A DNA stretch of 37,589 bases from Laspinema olomoucense D3b (GTDB taxonomy: Bacteria; Cyanobacteriota; Cyanobacteriia; Cyanobacteriales; Laspinemataceae), in assembly GCF_025370785.1 (NCBI RefSeq), contig NZ_JAMXFA010000001.1, forward strand, positions 299,902 to 337,490, in the 5' to 3' direction. Below the pieces are notes generated by a model that was not told the DNA's origin, did no database searches, and was given only the letters and a program-made list of their open reading frames with translations. Each line of letters starts with the position of its first letter. Position 1 is the first letter of the stretch. This document shows, in pieces, positions 19,005 through 29,159 of this stretch. Position numbers and translations under genes: made by a program.

Positions 19005-19781
19005 TTACCAGTCTTCACTGCGACGGCGGTTGGTGGTCCAATCATCATTGGAACTGGGACGGATGGGGGGTTCGGGTGTTGGCAATTCTTCCCGAGTCGG
19101 TTCTGCGATCGCCTCTGCTGGTTTTTCCTCCGGTGATTTTTCCCCTGGAGGGGGTGGGGTAACAATTCGGTAGTCTGCATCGTAGGGGGAATTACTTTTG
19201 TCACCACCGGACTCTCGATTCTGATCATAACTATAGGAATAGCTGGATCCCACCCAAGACTCGGTAACGGGTTCCCGGACCACTTCATAATTGTAGCCCT
19301 CCCCGGATTGAGTAAAGGATTGGGGGTTGGGTTCATCCATGAAGTCCTCATCCTCATCAATCCAGTTTTCTTCTTCCAATTCTCTGGAGTTGCCAACGGG
19401 GATGCGACTGCCCGGTTCTCCGCTTCGGTTAAACTGATTCGGGACATCATCCTGGATCACCGTGGCGTTATTGCGCGATAAGGGGGGTTCCGTGCGATTT
19501 CCCCGAGGCGGTGGGGGTGGGACGGGTTCCAGAGGACGCTGGGATCTGCGGGGTCTGCGATCGCGGCTCTCCCAATAATGATAGAGTCCGAATAGAATGG
19601 CGATCGCCCAAGCTGTCACAACACCCGAGGCGATCGCTGCTAAAATCCAGGCAGACAGGGGCAGCGCAATCGACCTCATGCCTAAAAACACCAAGGACAG
19701 GGATGGCGACGTATTTTGCAGAGCAAAAATTGTCAATCCCCCCAAGACAACCAACAGCAGTACATTCCGAAATTCACGCAT
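19005..19781 (-). CDS. Membrane protein: LapA/DUF1049-like two-TM N-terminus, then a long acidic, Pro-rich disordered tail.
   Basis: Two hydrophobic helices in the first 70 aa, then a low-complexity region rich in P, E, D and S. 258 aa. Confidence 0.55.
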   Translation of the reverse strand: MREFRNVLLLVVLGGLTIFALQNTSPSLSLVFLGMRSIALPLSAWILAAIASGVVTAWAIAILFGLYHYWESRDRRPRRSQRPLEPVPPPPPRGNRTEPPLSRNNATVIQDDVPNQFNRSGEPGSRIPVGNSRELEEENWIDEDEDFMDEPNPQSFTQSGEGYNYEVVREPVTESWVGSSYSYSYDQNRESGGDKSNSPYDADYRIVTPPPPGEKSPEEKPAEAIAEPTREELPTPEPPIRPSSNDDWTTNRRRSEDW

Positions 19782-19888
19782 ATTTTATTTTCTAATTCAT
19801 TCATCCCTGCCAGGGATTTCCACAGTTTCCCCGCTTCCTACGGACTTATTTTAGCATCGGAGATTCGTCTTTGGGCCTCTTTCCTGCT

Positions 19889-20512
19889 TCAATCATGTCC
19901 TTCCCAACGCCGAATCGGTACGCAGTCAATGTCAAATTGATCCAATGCCCGGGCGATGGTAAAATCAACTAAATCCTCAATAGTTTGGGGTTTGTGATAC
20001 CAAGCGGGAATCGCTGGGACAATTCTTGCACCGGCTTCGGCCAAGGTCGTTAAATTCCGCAAATGAATCAAACTAAATGGCGTTTCCCGAGGGACAATCA
20101 CCAGTTTTCGGCCTTCTTTGAGTTGCACATCTGCCGCCCGTTCTAATAAGCTTGAACTCAATCCCGTGGCTATTTTGGCAACCGTACTCATACTGCAAGG
20201 AATAACCAACATTCCCAAGGTCCGGAAGGAACCGCTGGCGATGTTTGCACCGACATCTTGCCAGGGATGACAAGTTAGTTTACCTTCGGTGACACTTCCG
20301 GCGCGATCACGCCAAAATATCTCTTGTTGTGCCGGTTCGGCAGGCATTCTAACATTCTCTTCGGCTTGCCAAACCATATAAGTTGATTTGGAAGCCACCA
20401 GTTCAATGCGATAGTCTGCCTCTAACAAAAATTTAACCGTTCGCACGGCATAAATTAACCCGGATGCGCCCGATATGCCGAGGATTAAAGGCCGGTTTTT
20501 ATCGTTGATAAT
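19889..20512 (-). CDS. ubiX: Flavin prenyltransferase UbiX. The true N-terminus extends upstream of the first canonical start codon.
   Basis: C-terminal region matches UbiX. The conserved N-terminal P-loop RPLILGISGASGLIYA is in frame upstream of the tracker's GTG. There is no ATG, GTG, TTG or CTG between the upstream stop codon and this motif. An ATT or ATC codon lies directly after AAGGAG. Confidence 0.75.
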   Translation of the reverse strand: MINDKNRPLILGISGASGLIYAVRTVKFLLEADYRIELVASKSTYMVWQAEENVRMPAEPAQQEIFWRDRAGSVTEGKLTCHPWQDVGANIASGSFRTLGMLVIPCSMSTVAKIATGLSSSLLERAADVQLKEGRKLVIVPRETPFSLIHLRNLTTLAEAGARIVPAIPAWYHKPQTIEDLVDFTIARALDQFDIDCVPIRRWEGHD

Positions 20513-20762
20513 ATTCTCCTTCTTGGATTAATTAAGTAAAGGTTTAATGATTAAATCAGTTAAGGCCGAATTTTAGAATAAAATTGACTAGATATTATCC
20601 TATCATCCCCAGCAAAGTTTGTAAATAGACCGGGAGGTGGGTTCGCAAATCCTTTCAGTAAAATACCTGAAAAGCTCATTTTGCATCCAATTATCGATTT
20701 TTCAGTCAGCCTCCCGAGGCCCACTGCGTCCACATATTTTATCCGTTAGGGTATTAAAAACT

Positions 20763-20797
20763 TAAAAAATTAAGCCCGCGCTCACGCGGGCTTTATC
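20763..20797 (-). terminator. Intrinsic terminator of rnr.
   Basis: On the minus strand: GCCCGCG-tgag-CGCGGGC followed by TTAATTTTTT, 65 nt past the rnr stop. Confidence 0.75.
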
Positions 20798-20859
20798 CAG
20801 TGTCTGGCCGAGTTTTTTGTGTCGGACCCAGTGGTAATCATTAGAAGATTCAAGGGAGA

Positions 20860-23265
20860 TTAAATATCTTCCTCGTAATCATAGTAATTCCGCTCGCGCT
20901 CCCGATATTCGGTATATTCTTCGCCACTAGCTTCACTGCCGCCACCGACTGCTACAAGGTCGATTTGTTGACGATAGTAATCCACACTTTTAACTTGAAC
21001 TTCGACGATATCGCCTAAGCTGTATTGCTTACGATTTTTCCGTCCGACGAGAGTTTGCAGGCGAGAACGATACTCGTACCAGTCATCTTTGAGGGATGAA
21101 ACATGGACGAGTCCTTCGAGACGCAGGGGAATTCCTTCGGGTCCTTCGACTTCGATTTCCACAAAGAATCCGTAGGATTGAACGCCGGTGATTAATCCGC
21201 TGAAGGTTTCGCCAGTGCGTGCCTTCATCAGTCCGGCTTTTTTAAGTCCTTGGAGGTCCGCTTCTGCTTCTTGGGTGAGCTTTTCGCGATCGCTCAAGTG
21301 ACCGACGATGGTGGCAAAATGACTCTCAAATTCGCTGTGAGTCGTCGGAGGCAGAACGTTCCAAGAAATTTCGCCGTGACTATGACTGCTGTGCAGATCG
21401 ACGTATTCTTTAGATCGAGCCGATTTGCGATCGCGTCCTTCTTCAAACACAGTTTTTAACAAGCGTTGTACCAACAGGTCGGCATACCGCTGCACCGGGG
21501 AACAAAAGTGAGTATAACCTGTATTTAAGGCTAGACCAAAGTGAGAGCCAGGAGTTGTGCTATAGCTCGCGGGTTTTAAGGTATCTTCCAGCAAATAAGT
21601 GAGAACGCGCTCGCACTGAGAGGCCGCAAAGACCTCGGTAAAGTCCTGGAAGTCAATAGGAGTAACTTCCTCCGGGTCATCGAGCAGGACTTCTACTCCC
21701 ATATTACTGGCGAGTTTGATCAGCTCATCGACTTGCTCCAGGTCGGGAGCAGCTTGCACGCGGTAAATTCCAGGAACTCCCAATTGCTGTAAGTGAGTGG
21801 CCACCAGTTGGTTAGCCAGAATCGTAAATTCACACAACATCCCTTGGGCGGTAATGTGAGAGGAAAGGGAAATCGCGCCCTCTGCACCTTCATCGTTGTA
21901 AACCGAGGGACAAATCCCATATTGATTCGGCGGCAGATTGAGGTCAAATCCCCCACGAGAGCGCCGCCAGTTTTGCATCGTATAGCTCAATTGGAACATT
22001 TTTTCCAAGGCTTGAGCGATCGCAGGCGGTAAGGGTTCAGGCTCTTCCAGGGATTTTTGACGTTCGCGAAACTCTAACCACCAGGCAGGGATGATTTCCG
22101 GATCAAGATGTTTTTCTTGCAATTTATCCAGAATCGGTTGTGCTTGGCGATCGCTCACTTGATAATCAACCTTGATGACACTAGGCTTAATTTCAAAATC
22201 CACCACCCCATCATCATCTAAAATGACCAACACCGAGACCGCGAGGCGGTCTTCCCCGGTGAGTAAAGAGCAGGAATCCAAAGCCAACTGTTCGGGAATA
22301 ATCGGCAATACCATATCCCCCAGATGTGCCGAGACCGATCGCCTGCGGGCTTCGCGATCCAAAGCCGTATCTGGCTTGACATAGTGGGCCACATCTGATA
22401 CGTGAATGGACAGACGCCACTCGCCACTTTTGAGGGTTTCCAGAGTAAACGCTTGTTCCACCGTGGGAATGGAACTGCGAAGTCTGGATGCAGGCATCAA
22501 AGCAATGGTTTGGAGACCTCTGAGGTCTAAGCGCCCTTTAATCTCAGCCTTTCGCAGGGGTTTGGGTAAATCGGCGATCGCATCGAGAACGACTTGGGGG
22601 AAAGCGCGAGGCAAGTCATGCTTACAGCAAACAATATCCAGATCATTTGCATCTTCTGCATCGGATCCGAGGATTTGTGCGACACGCCCGAGGGGGGGAT
22701 TGCTGCCGAGAGCATAACGCAACACTTCGACATGAACCAGATGTTCGACCGCATCGGCGAGGGAAACCCCATTTTGTTTGAGGTCGAGTTCAAATAACAA
22801 GCGATCGTCTAAAGGAACTGCTAAATAGCGATTCCCTGTTTGCTTGACTCTCGCGAGTACGGACGGGTTTGCGCGTTCTAGGATTAACTTCACCTCGCCT
22901 TCAGGAGAACGGCGACGAGAGCCTTCTTTAATGATATTCACCAACACGCGATCGCCATTCCAGGCATTACTCAAGTGGCATTCGCGGATGTAAATATCCT
23001 CCGTCCCCTCCGTATCCTGAATCGCAAAGCAAAACCCCTTGCTAGAGCAGCGCAGTTTCGCTTCTACGAGACTTTCTTCCCAAACCCGCCGATATCGACC
23101 TTTTTCCTTGACAAGCACGCCGATTTTTTCCAACGCATCGAGCGCGATTTGTAAGTAGCGCGTGCTTTTTTCATCCTGACACCCCAGTTTCTTCTCCAAG
23201 ATCTTGGGAGCGACCGATTTATCATCGGTAAAATTTGCCAGTAGTGTAGCGATTGAAAAGTCCAT
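20860..23265 (-). CDS. rnr: Ribonuclease R / RNase II-family 3'-5' exoribonuclease (cold-shock-domain, RNB, S1).
   Basis: RNB catalytic region (HFGLALNTGYTHFCSPVQRYADLLVQR), C-terminal S1 domain, acidic tail. 801 aa. Confidence 0.9.
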   Translation of the reverse strand: MDFSIATLLANFTDDKSVAPKILEKKLGCQDEKSTRYLQIALDALEKIGVLVKEKGRYRRVWEESLVEAKLRCSSKGFCFAIQDTEGTEDIYIRECHLSNAWNGDRVLVNIIKEGSRRRSPEGEVKLILERANPSVLARVKQTGNRYLAVPLDDRLLFELDLKQNGVSLADAVEHLVHVEVLRYALGSNPPLGRVAQILGSDAEDANDLDIVCCKHDLPRAFPQVVLDAIADLPKPLRKAEIKGRLDLRGLQTIALMPASRLRSSIPTVEQAFTLETLKSGEWRLSIHVSDVAHYVKPDTALDREARRRSVSAHLGDMVLPIIPEQLALDSCSLLTGEDRLAVSVLVILDDDGVVDFEIKPSVIKVDYQVSDRQAQPILDKLQEKHLDPEIIPAWWLEFRERQKSLEEPEPLPPAIAQALEKMFQLSYTMQNWRRSRGGFDLNLPPNQYGICPSVYNDEGAEGAISLSSHITAQGMLCEFTILANQLVATHLQQLGVPGIYRVQAAPDLEQVDELIKLASNMGVEVLLDDPEEVTPIDFQDFTEVFAASQCERVLTYLLEDTLKPASYSTTPGSHFGLALNTGYTHFCSPVQRYADLLVQRLLKTVFEEGRDRKSARSKEYVDLHSSHSHGEISWNVLPPTTHSEFESHFATIVGHLSDREKLTQEAEADLQGLKKAGLMKARTGETFSGLITGVQSYGFFVEIEVEGPEGIPLRLEGLVHVSSLKDDWYEYRSRLQTLVGRKNRKQYSLGDIVEVQVKSVDYYRQQIDLVAVGGGSEASGEEYTEYRERERNYYDYEEDI

Positions 23266-23369
23266 TCAGAGATCGATCCTTCTTTTATCCATTCGGTTCT
23301 CTTTCCAGGCATCAAATGTCTGGTGTTGCTGCTTGTTCTCAATCCAGCCGAGCCTCAAAGGTGACGCAA

Positions 23370-23630
23370 ATGACGAATATCCCCTTATTGGACTCGTTTG
23401 ACTTCAGACAAGCTATAGTGATGCCAACTTTCAAGCCAAAACAGTTGCATCGCGTCAATCCCCTGTCAGTTTTCAACGGAGGTCGTTATCGTATCATACT
23501 CCCCGATCGACCCATCCGAATCAGAAACTTACAGACTCGGAAAGCGACGCCCATCGTGCGACTTTTTCAGCATCTGAGTCAAGTTCCCCAGCAATTCAAG
23601 CCAACATTTGGCGAATGTTGGGGTCACTGA
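23370..23630 (+). CDS. Hypothetical small basic protein (86 aa).
   Basis: ATG with AGGTGA 5 nt upstream. No recognisable domain. It lies in a 0.9-kb gap between rnr and the next gene. Confidence 0.25.
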   Translation: MTNIPLLDSFDFRQAIVMPTFKPKQLHRVNPLSVFNGGRYRIILPDRPIRIRNLQTRKATPIVRLFQHLSQVPQQFKPTFGECWGH

Positions 23631-24222
23631 CGGACTCCTTCCACAGGAAAACAGGAGGGTTGACCCACGCGAAATGCATTTGAAGGCGATCGCGCTTACA
23701 TCCCTAAAGACAATGAAGACCACAGACCAGATGTGCTGCCAGACTCGCCGGTGATTCATTAACCCAATCTATCCCAGGGATACTAGCCAAAGCGAAGGGG
23801 CGGTTGTTCGGTGTTGAACCCCCTCAAACTGGCTTGCCATGCTTGGGGATTGAATAGAGTTAGGATCTAAAGACACTGGAAAACTCTAAGGAGTTGCTGC
23901 CGTATCTGTTAGATATCCCACTCATAAAAACGAGCTGTTGCTTGTTCTAGCGGCATGGTTTCTGGCTTTTCTCCCTAGGGAATTGATATTTGCCGCTCTT
24001 CGCAGCTCTCAGGCGATCAATCGCGAGGGCTTTACTCAAAGGCGGCGGTTTTTATCCTAGGGTCTTTCACAACTGACCTGTTTTCTGGCATTGTAGCATT
24101 GAATGGCATTAAATTTCCCCGAAGCCAATTTCCCTCATTAAAATGTCAAGTATCCCCTTAAAATTCCCCGGACTGAATCTGCTCCCTTAAAATGTTAAGT
24201 ATTGATACTACCCTCACCCATC

Positions 24223-25068
24223 ATGTTGATTGAATTTCGCTCTCGCTATCCAACCGCCAGCTTAATTTCTGAATTACTCACCCTTCATCAAGGACTCTAT
24301 GTGGTGCGGACCTTGGTACAAATGGATGGGGTGACTCTCGCGACGGGGATGGCGGCTGAACCGACGATCGAACAAGCGGAAGATCGCGCCCGAGTTCGGG
24401 CGATCGCCGTTTTAGGTACATCGGTCTCTCTGGCTGAGGCTACCCCGTCGCGCAACGTATCAGAGTCGCCGTTAACTGCACCGGCCTCGGCTCCTGCTTT
24501 TAATACGCTACATTTGGGACAAGGCAAAACCCGTGCTAGGCCCACTTCAACCCCCATGAGTTCCCCCGGGTTCCCTGAATCTAAACTCTCGACCCCCCCG
24601 GAAACAGCCCCAGCATTCCCAGAGATTGAAAAGTCGGGGCCGACTCCGGATCAATGGCTATCGGGCGGGGGATATTCGGAGAGTCATTCGACCCCGAGCG
24701 AATTCGCACCCCAGAGTTTACCGGAAACCTCCGGCTTTCCAGACAGTCCCACCCGGGCCGATGTTGATCCGTTTTCTGAGTATAAATCCCCGGATGAACA
24801 CAAATCCGGTCTGCCGAGTGATTATGGTGTGCCGAACTCCAGTTCCCCAGCTTCCCCAGAGACCCACCCTAACGTCACTCAATCCGGTTCAGTCGATTTA
24901 TCTGATGCGATCGCCCAAACCACCATCGAGATCAAACGCCTAGGTTGGACCAACGACCAAGGGCGCAACCATCTTAAACAAACCTATGGAGTACCCTCCC
25001 GTTCTCTGCTCTCGGAAGACCAATTACTGGACTTCTTAACGTATCTCAAACACCAGCCTAGCCCTTGA
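24223..25068 (+). CDS. Hypothetical protein with a long Ser/Pro-rich disordered centre and a conserved-looking N-terminus.
   Basis: ORF 24202 (TTG) to 25068, with the first ATG at 24223. The low-complexity linker is flanked by structured ends (MLIEFRSRYPTASL..., ...DQLLDFLTYLKHQ). Confidence 0.5.
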   Translation: MLIEFRSRYPTASLISELLTLHQGLYVVRTLVQMDGVTLATGMAAEPTIEQAEDRARVRAIAVLGTSVSLAEATPSRNVSESPLTAPASAPAFNTLHLGQGKTRARPTSTPMSSPGFPESKLSTPPETAPAFPEIEKSGPTPDQWLSGGGYSESHSTPSEFAPQSLPETSGFPDSPTRADVDPFSEYKSPDEHKSGLPSDYGVPNSSSPASPETHPNVTQSGSVDLSDAIAQTTIEIKRLGWTNDQGRNHLKQTYGVPSRSLLSEDQLLDFLTYLKHQPSP

Positions 25069-25308
25069 GAGGGATTTTCACCCCCAGATTTGAGGAGTTA
25101 GAGGGGAAAACGGGGACTTTTTCCCACTTTAACTCTAAAATTTTTGTCGAATTACATCGGTTCACCCACTAGATAGACCGATACCCCAACTCTCCAAAGC
25201 CGCCCTTTTGCTCCCGCCCTGATTTGGGTGGGAGCAAAAAAATCAATGTTAGGTTCAAGGAGTAGTCAGAGGTATAAAAGTCTGTTCACCCGGGAACCCA
25301 AGCGAGAT

Positions 25309-25914
25309 TTAACTCACTGCTACCGGACGGTTAGCAGAAGGACGGCGATCAATAACCAGATCGATGAGCCCGTAGTCTACAGACTCTTGGGCAGACATGA
25401 AAAAGTCCCGTTCCGTATCTTGTTCAATCCGCTCAAGGGGTTGACCTGTATGCTCCGAGAGCAAAGTATTCAGGCGTTTTTTGTGGTACAGAATTTCTTT
25501 GGCTTGGATTTCAATATCCGTCGCCTGCCCTTGAGCGCCCCCGAGGGGTTGGTGAATCATGATTCGAGAATGGGGTAAGCTCATCCGCTTGCCTTTGGCA
25601 CCGGCACTTAATAAGAAAGCACCCATGCTGGCGGCTAACCCCAGGCAAATGGTAGAAACATCGGGGCGGATGTGGTTCATGGTATCGAAAATTCCCATGC
25701 CTGCAGTCACCGATCCGCCGGGGGAGTTGATATAGAGGTAGATATCTTTTTCGGCGTCTTCAGCTTCTAGGAACAGCAACTGGGCAACAATCAGGTTCGC
25801 TAGGTCTGCGTCCACCTGTTGTCCCAAAAAGACGATGCGATCGCGCAGGAGGCGGGAGTAGATATCAAAGGCGCGTTCACCACGCCCAGATTGTTCGATT
25901 ACGGTAGGGATCAT
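25309..25914 (-). CDS. clpP: ATP-dependent Clp protease proteolytic subunit.
   Basis: Ser-His-Asp ClpP motifs ([16 protein letters not shown]); 201 aa. Confidence 0.92.
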   Translation of the reverse strand: MIPTVIEQSGRGERAFDIYSRLLRDRIVFLGQQVDADLANLIVAQLLFLEAEDAEKDIYLYINSPGGSVTAGMGIFDTMNHIRPDVSTICLGLAASMGAFLLSAGAKGKRMSLPHSRIMIHQPLGGAQGQATDIEIQAKEILYHKKRLNTLLSEHTGQPLERIEQDTERDFFMSAQESVDYGLIDLVIDRRPSANRPVAVS

Positions 25915-26509
25915 CTAGCTTGCCTGTTTACGTTACGTTTCTTAAATTTTACCTAAATCAGCAAGCATCCTCCCAGGTTATCGGGATGTTTCTCCTCTCG
26001 ACCCTGGTTTCAAGCCCTCGGGTCAAGGGTTCTAAGGACTTAAGTTGATGTATTGAGCACCGGCGGTAGTCCTTACAGAGCCTTGACCTAAATATGGAAA
26101 ATTGGGCAAACCGTTCGGTTAGCCCTCCTGTCTCTATTTGAGCAGTTCACGCTCATTCTACGGATTAATTATCTGGTTCCAACGAGCACCACACTCCGAC
26201 CGGATAGTACCTTTATCAGGTACGGTTTTCTCTCTGTGGCCGATCGCCTTCCATCAGGTTTAATGGCGATCGCTCCATGAACAGGATCAGCTTTCAAGCG
26301 CTGTCCTGAGTTCTGTCATGAGGAATGGGAATGACTGGAAAAATTGTAGGATGCACCCTGGAATGAATTGCTCAGTTGCGCTGACGGATGAGCGCGAACC
26401 CCTTAGACTATAGGGACTTTTGGCTTGGAACTTACGTCGGTTCAAGTCTGTGTCGATCTTAACCTGGGAATGATCAGCGCGCTCGTTAATGGGGCGATCG
26501 GTTGGGTTC

Positions 26510-26686
26510 TTATCGTCCACTTCCCCGATGATCCGGTTCGGTTCCACGAGGGACATCAGCGCTGGCAATTTGGGCATTTGCATCGGATTTATTTTCTTTT
26601 GAAGTAAGATATTCGCTGCCTGAAAAATTCGCATTCATCCCTAATAAAAGCAGGCCAGATAACACTAAGCATTTGTAGATGCTCAT
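26510..26686 (-). CDS. Possible small secreted protein (58 aa) with a signal peptide.
   Basis: ATG preceded by AAAGGAA with a 7-nt spacer. N-terminal pattern MSIYKCLVLSGLLLLGMNA is signal-peptide-like. The overlapping second ORF in another frame (26287-26634) makes a frameshifted gene possible. Confidence 0.25.
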   Translation of the reverse strand: MSIYKCLVLSGLLLLGMNANFSGSEYLTSKENKSDANAQIASADVPRGTEPDHRGSGR

Positions 26687-27252
26687 AGATAAATTCCTTT
26701 TTTGACGGTTATTTATCTCTACGGAATCTCTACAAAACATCCGGCTATTTTTTTAAACTATTTAGGGTGAAACTCTCTCGTAGCTAAAGCTCTAAGATCC
26801 GGAACATTTCTAAATTAAATTCGTCTGATTTCGGTATTATTCAATTCTTCTAGCTCTGATTTAGTCCCAATCCGCTGGGCTTCTAATCGCGCCACCCAAA
26901 GTCTGGAAAGAGCCAGACGGAAGTACCTCAGTTCCCCATCGGGGTATAGAAATATTCCTCGGGGGATTAAAAAATAAAGTGACCGCCACCCCATCCAATG
27001 GCAGTCACTTCTAAGGTAAGTTCTCTCCCTACACCCAACCCCCATAGCTGATTTTCAGTCCCCGAGTTTCTTAATAGTAATAAAAATTTTTAACTTTCCA
27101 ATATTATTAAAGCCACAATTTCCCCCGAGTGGGTTTAATAATATTGAATAGAGTTCTTGCTTTCATTCCGGATTGAGCCGCCTTTCCCCCGGGGAGATCG
27201 CCGTACAGTCGATGGCGTTTTTAAGGGGGAGGCCAGAGGAATAAATGTTTAA

Positions 27253-27334
27253 TAGACCTCTTGCAAAATTCTTTGAAGCCCCTCTTATTAAGGGAGAGAA
27301 AGGGGGATCAATCCTTTTTTTTGCAAGAGGTCTA
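27253..27334. repeat. Perfect 16-bp inverted repeat (TAGACCTCTTGCAAAA / TTTTGCAAGAGGTCTA) separated by about 50 nt.
   Basis: Read directly from the sequence. It lies in an AT-rich 1.1-kb non-coding stretch upstream of the M16 peptidase operon. Confidence 0.6.
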
Positions 27335-27824
27335 ATGACTGGGGCGCTGAAGAGATTTATGCAAGAAGTCTCATATCTAAATCAAATCTGGGTTCTGCAC
27401 AATGTGAGATACTTCAATAATAAATTAATGAACTAACCTAAGCCAAGGCGATCGCTCTAGGAACAGTGTAGGATTAAAAATAAGGGTTTGGTCCTCGGAT
27501 CCTTCGAGTTCCAGTCTGTAGAAATTCGGGAAATTCCGCACCCCAACCGATGTAACGCTGCTACTAAACAACACAGACTGAAAATTTTTCCATCCGGATA
27601 AAAATTAGGCAAGGGATGAGAATCCAACCCATAATAATCAAGCTGTGGGCAACTAAGCCGGGACCCCTAGGCTTTTCGGTGAGGCCCCTCTACGGAGAAA
27701 ATGGTCGAGAATGTTGCCGGTTCTCTATTGCTTTTCCCCCGTTGCGGAGAAAGTCTGTATCAATTCATGCAGCATAGTGTCAAATGAAGCGTTAGCATGA
27801 GATAATTTATCACCAAATTCAGGT

Positions 27825-29108
27825 TTGAGATTAGAAAGTTTGTCTGCACTGCTCAAGAAATCGGAGTTTCCCGGGAATATCGTAAGGCTGGCGAATGGAT
27901 TAACCGTGATTCACCAACATATCAGCGCTACACCCGTCGTTGTAGTTGATGTGTGGGTTAAAGCAGGTGCAATCCGCGAACCTGACACCTGGTCAGGAAT
28001 GGCTCATTTCCTGGAACACATGATTTTCAAAGGAACCCTAAACCAGCCGCCGGGTGCTTTTGACTGTCTGATTGAAAATCGGGGTGGGATGACCAATGCC
28101 GCCACGAGTCATGACTATGCTCACTTTTTTATTACCGTTGCCGCACCCTATTTAAAAGAAAGTCTGCCTGCCTTGGCGGATCTGTTGCTGCACCCGGCGA
28201 TCCCCGATGATGAGTTTCTGCGGGAACGGGACGTGGTACTGGAAGAAATTCGCCAATCGGTGGATAATCCTGATTGGCTGGGGTTCCAAGCGATGATGGA
28301 GACGATTTATCACCAGCATCCTTATCGACGCCCAGTATTTGGCGAGGCAGAGATTTTGATGGAGCGATCGCCCGAAGAAATGCGAATGTTCCATCGCTGC
28401 TACTACCAACCGGAAAATATGACGGTGGCGATCGTCGGCAACGTCACCTTAGCCGAAACCCTCGACTTAGTACAGGACTCCTTCAACAGCTTTCCCACCC
28501 CCCTGGAGTGGGAGGACTTCAAACAAGAAGCAGAACCCCCCATGACGGAAATTCGGCGTCGGGAACTGTTCTTACCGCGTCTGGAAGTGGCGAGGTTGAC
28601 CCTTGCCTGGACCGGACCCGGGGTCGAACAGTTGCAGGATGCGTACGGTTTAGACTTACTGGCGGTGGTCCTGGCAGAGGGGCGAAATTCCCGTTTAGTC
28701 CGAGAATTGCGGGAGATCCGGGGACTGGTTCACGGCATTGGTAGCGATTTTTCCCTCCAACGGGATTCCAGCTTGTTTACAATAGGGGCATGGCTCGATC
28801 CAAAACACTTGGAACTGGTAGAAAATGTGATTCTTGATCGCATTGAGGAGTTACAGGCTCAACCCATTAATGGGGCGGAACTGGCCCGCGCTCAACGCCT
28901 GCTCTGTAATGATTATGCCTTTTCGACGGAAACCCCGTCTCAACTGGCTGGGTTGTATGGTTACTATCAAACCATTGCCGAAGCCCCGGCAGCCGTGGCC
29001 TATCCGGATTGCATTCAATCCTATAATGCGGCAGACTTGCAGCGGGTAGCTAATAACTATTTATGCCCCAAATATTACGCAGTCACAGAACTCAAACCTC
29101 TAGACTGA
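27825..29108 (+). CDS. M16-family (pitrilysin/insulinase) zinc peptidase, catalytically competent subunit.
   Basis: HxxEH zinc motif (HFLEH); the downstream E is in frame. TTG start. 427 aa. Confidence 0.85.
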   Translation: MRLESLSALLKKSEFPGNIVRLANGLTVIHQHISATPVVVVDVWVKAGAIREPDTWSGMAHFLEHMIFKGTLNQPPGAFDCLIENRGGMTNAATSHDYAHFFITVAAPYLKESLPALADLLLHPAIPDDEFLRERDVVLEEIRQSVDNPDWLGFQAMMETIYHQHPYRRPVFGEAEILMERSPEEMRMFHRCYYQPENMTVAIVGNVTLAETLDLVQDSFNSFPTPLEWEDFKQEAEPPMTEIRRRELFLPRLEVARLTLAWTGPGVEQLQDAYGLDLLAVVLAEGRNSRLVRELREIRGLVHGIGSDFSLQRDSSLFTIGAWLDPKHLELVENVILDRIEELQAQPINGAELARAQRLLCNDYAFSTETPSQLAGLYGYYQTIAEAPAAVAYPDCIQSYNAADLQRVANNYLCPKYYAVTELKPLD

Positions 29109-29159
29109 GTTAAACCCCAGACGAATCGACCTCAGACGAATACAAGGAACCTAATTTTC

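Noticed and set aside
24626-24943. Alternate-frame 105-aa ORF inside the 24223-25068 hypothetical gene.
   Set aside because: It is an Arg/Pro-rich out-of-frame artefact within the Ser/Pro-rich linker-coding region.
25207-25240. Hairpin GCTCCC...GGGAGC downstream of clpP as its terminator.
   Set aside because: The U-tract lies on the 5' side of the stem for the clpP strand, and the A-tract on the 3' side. The orientation is wrong for a canonical intrinsic terminator on either strand.
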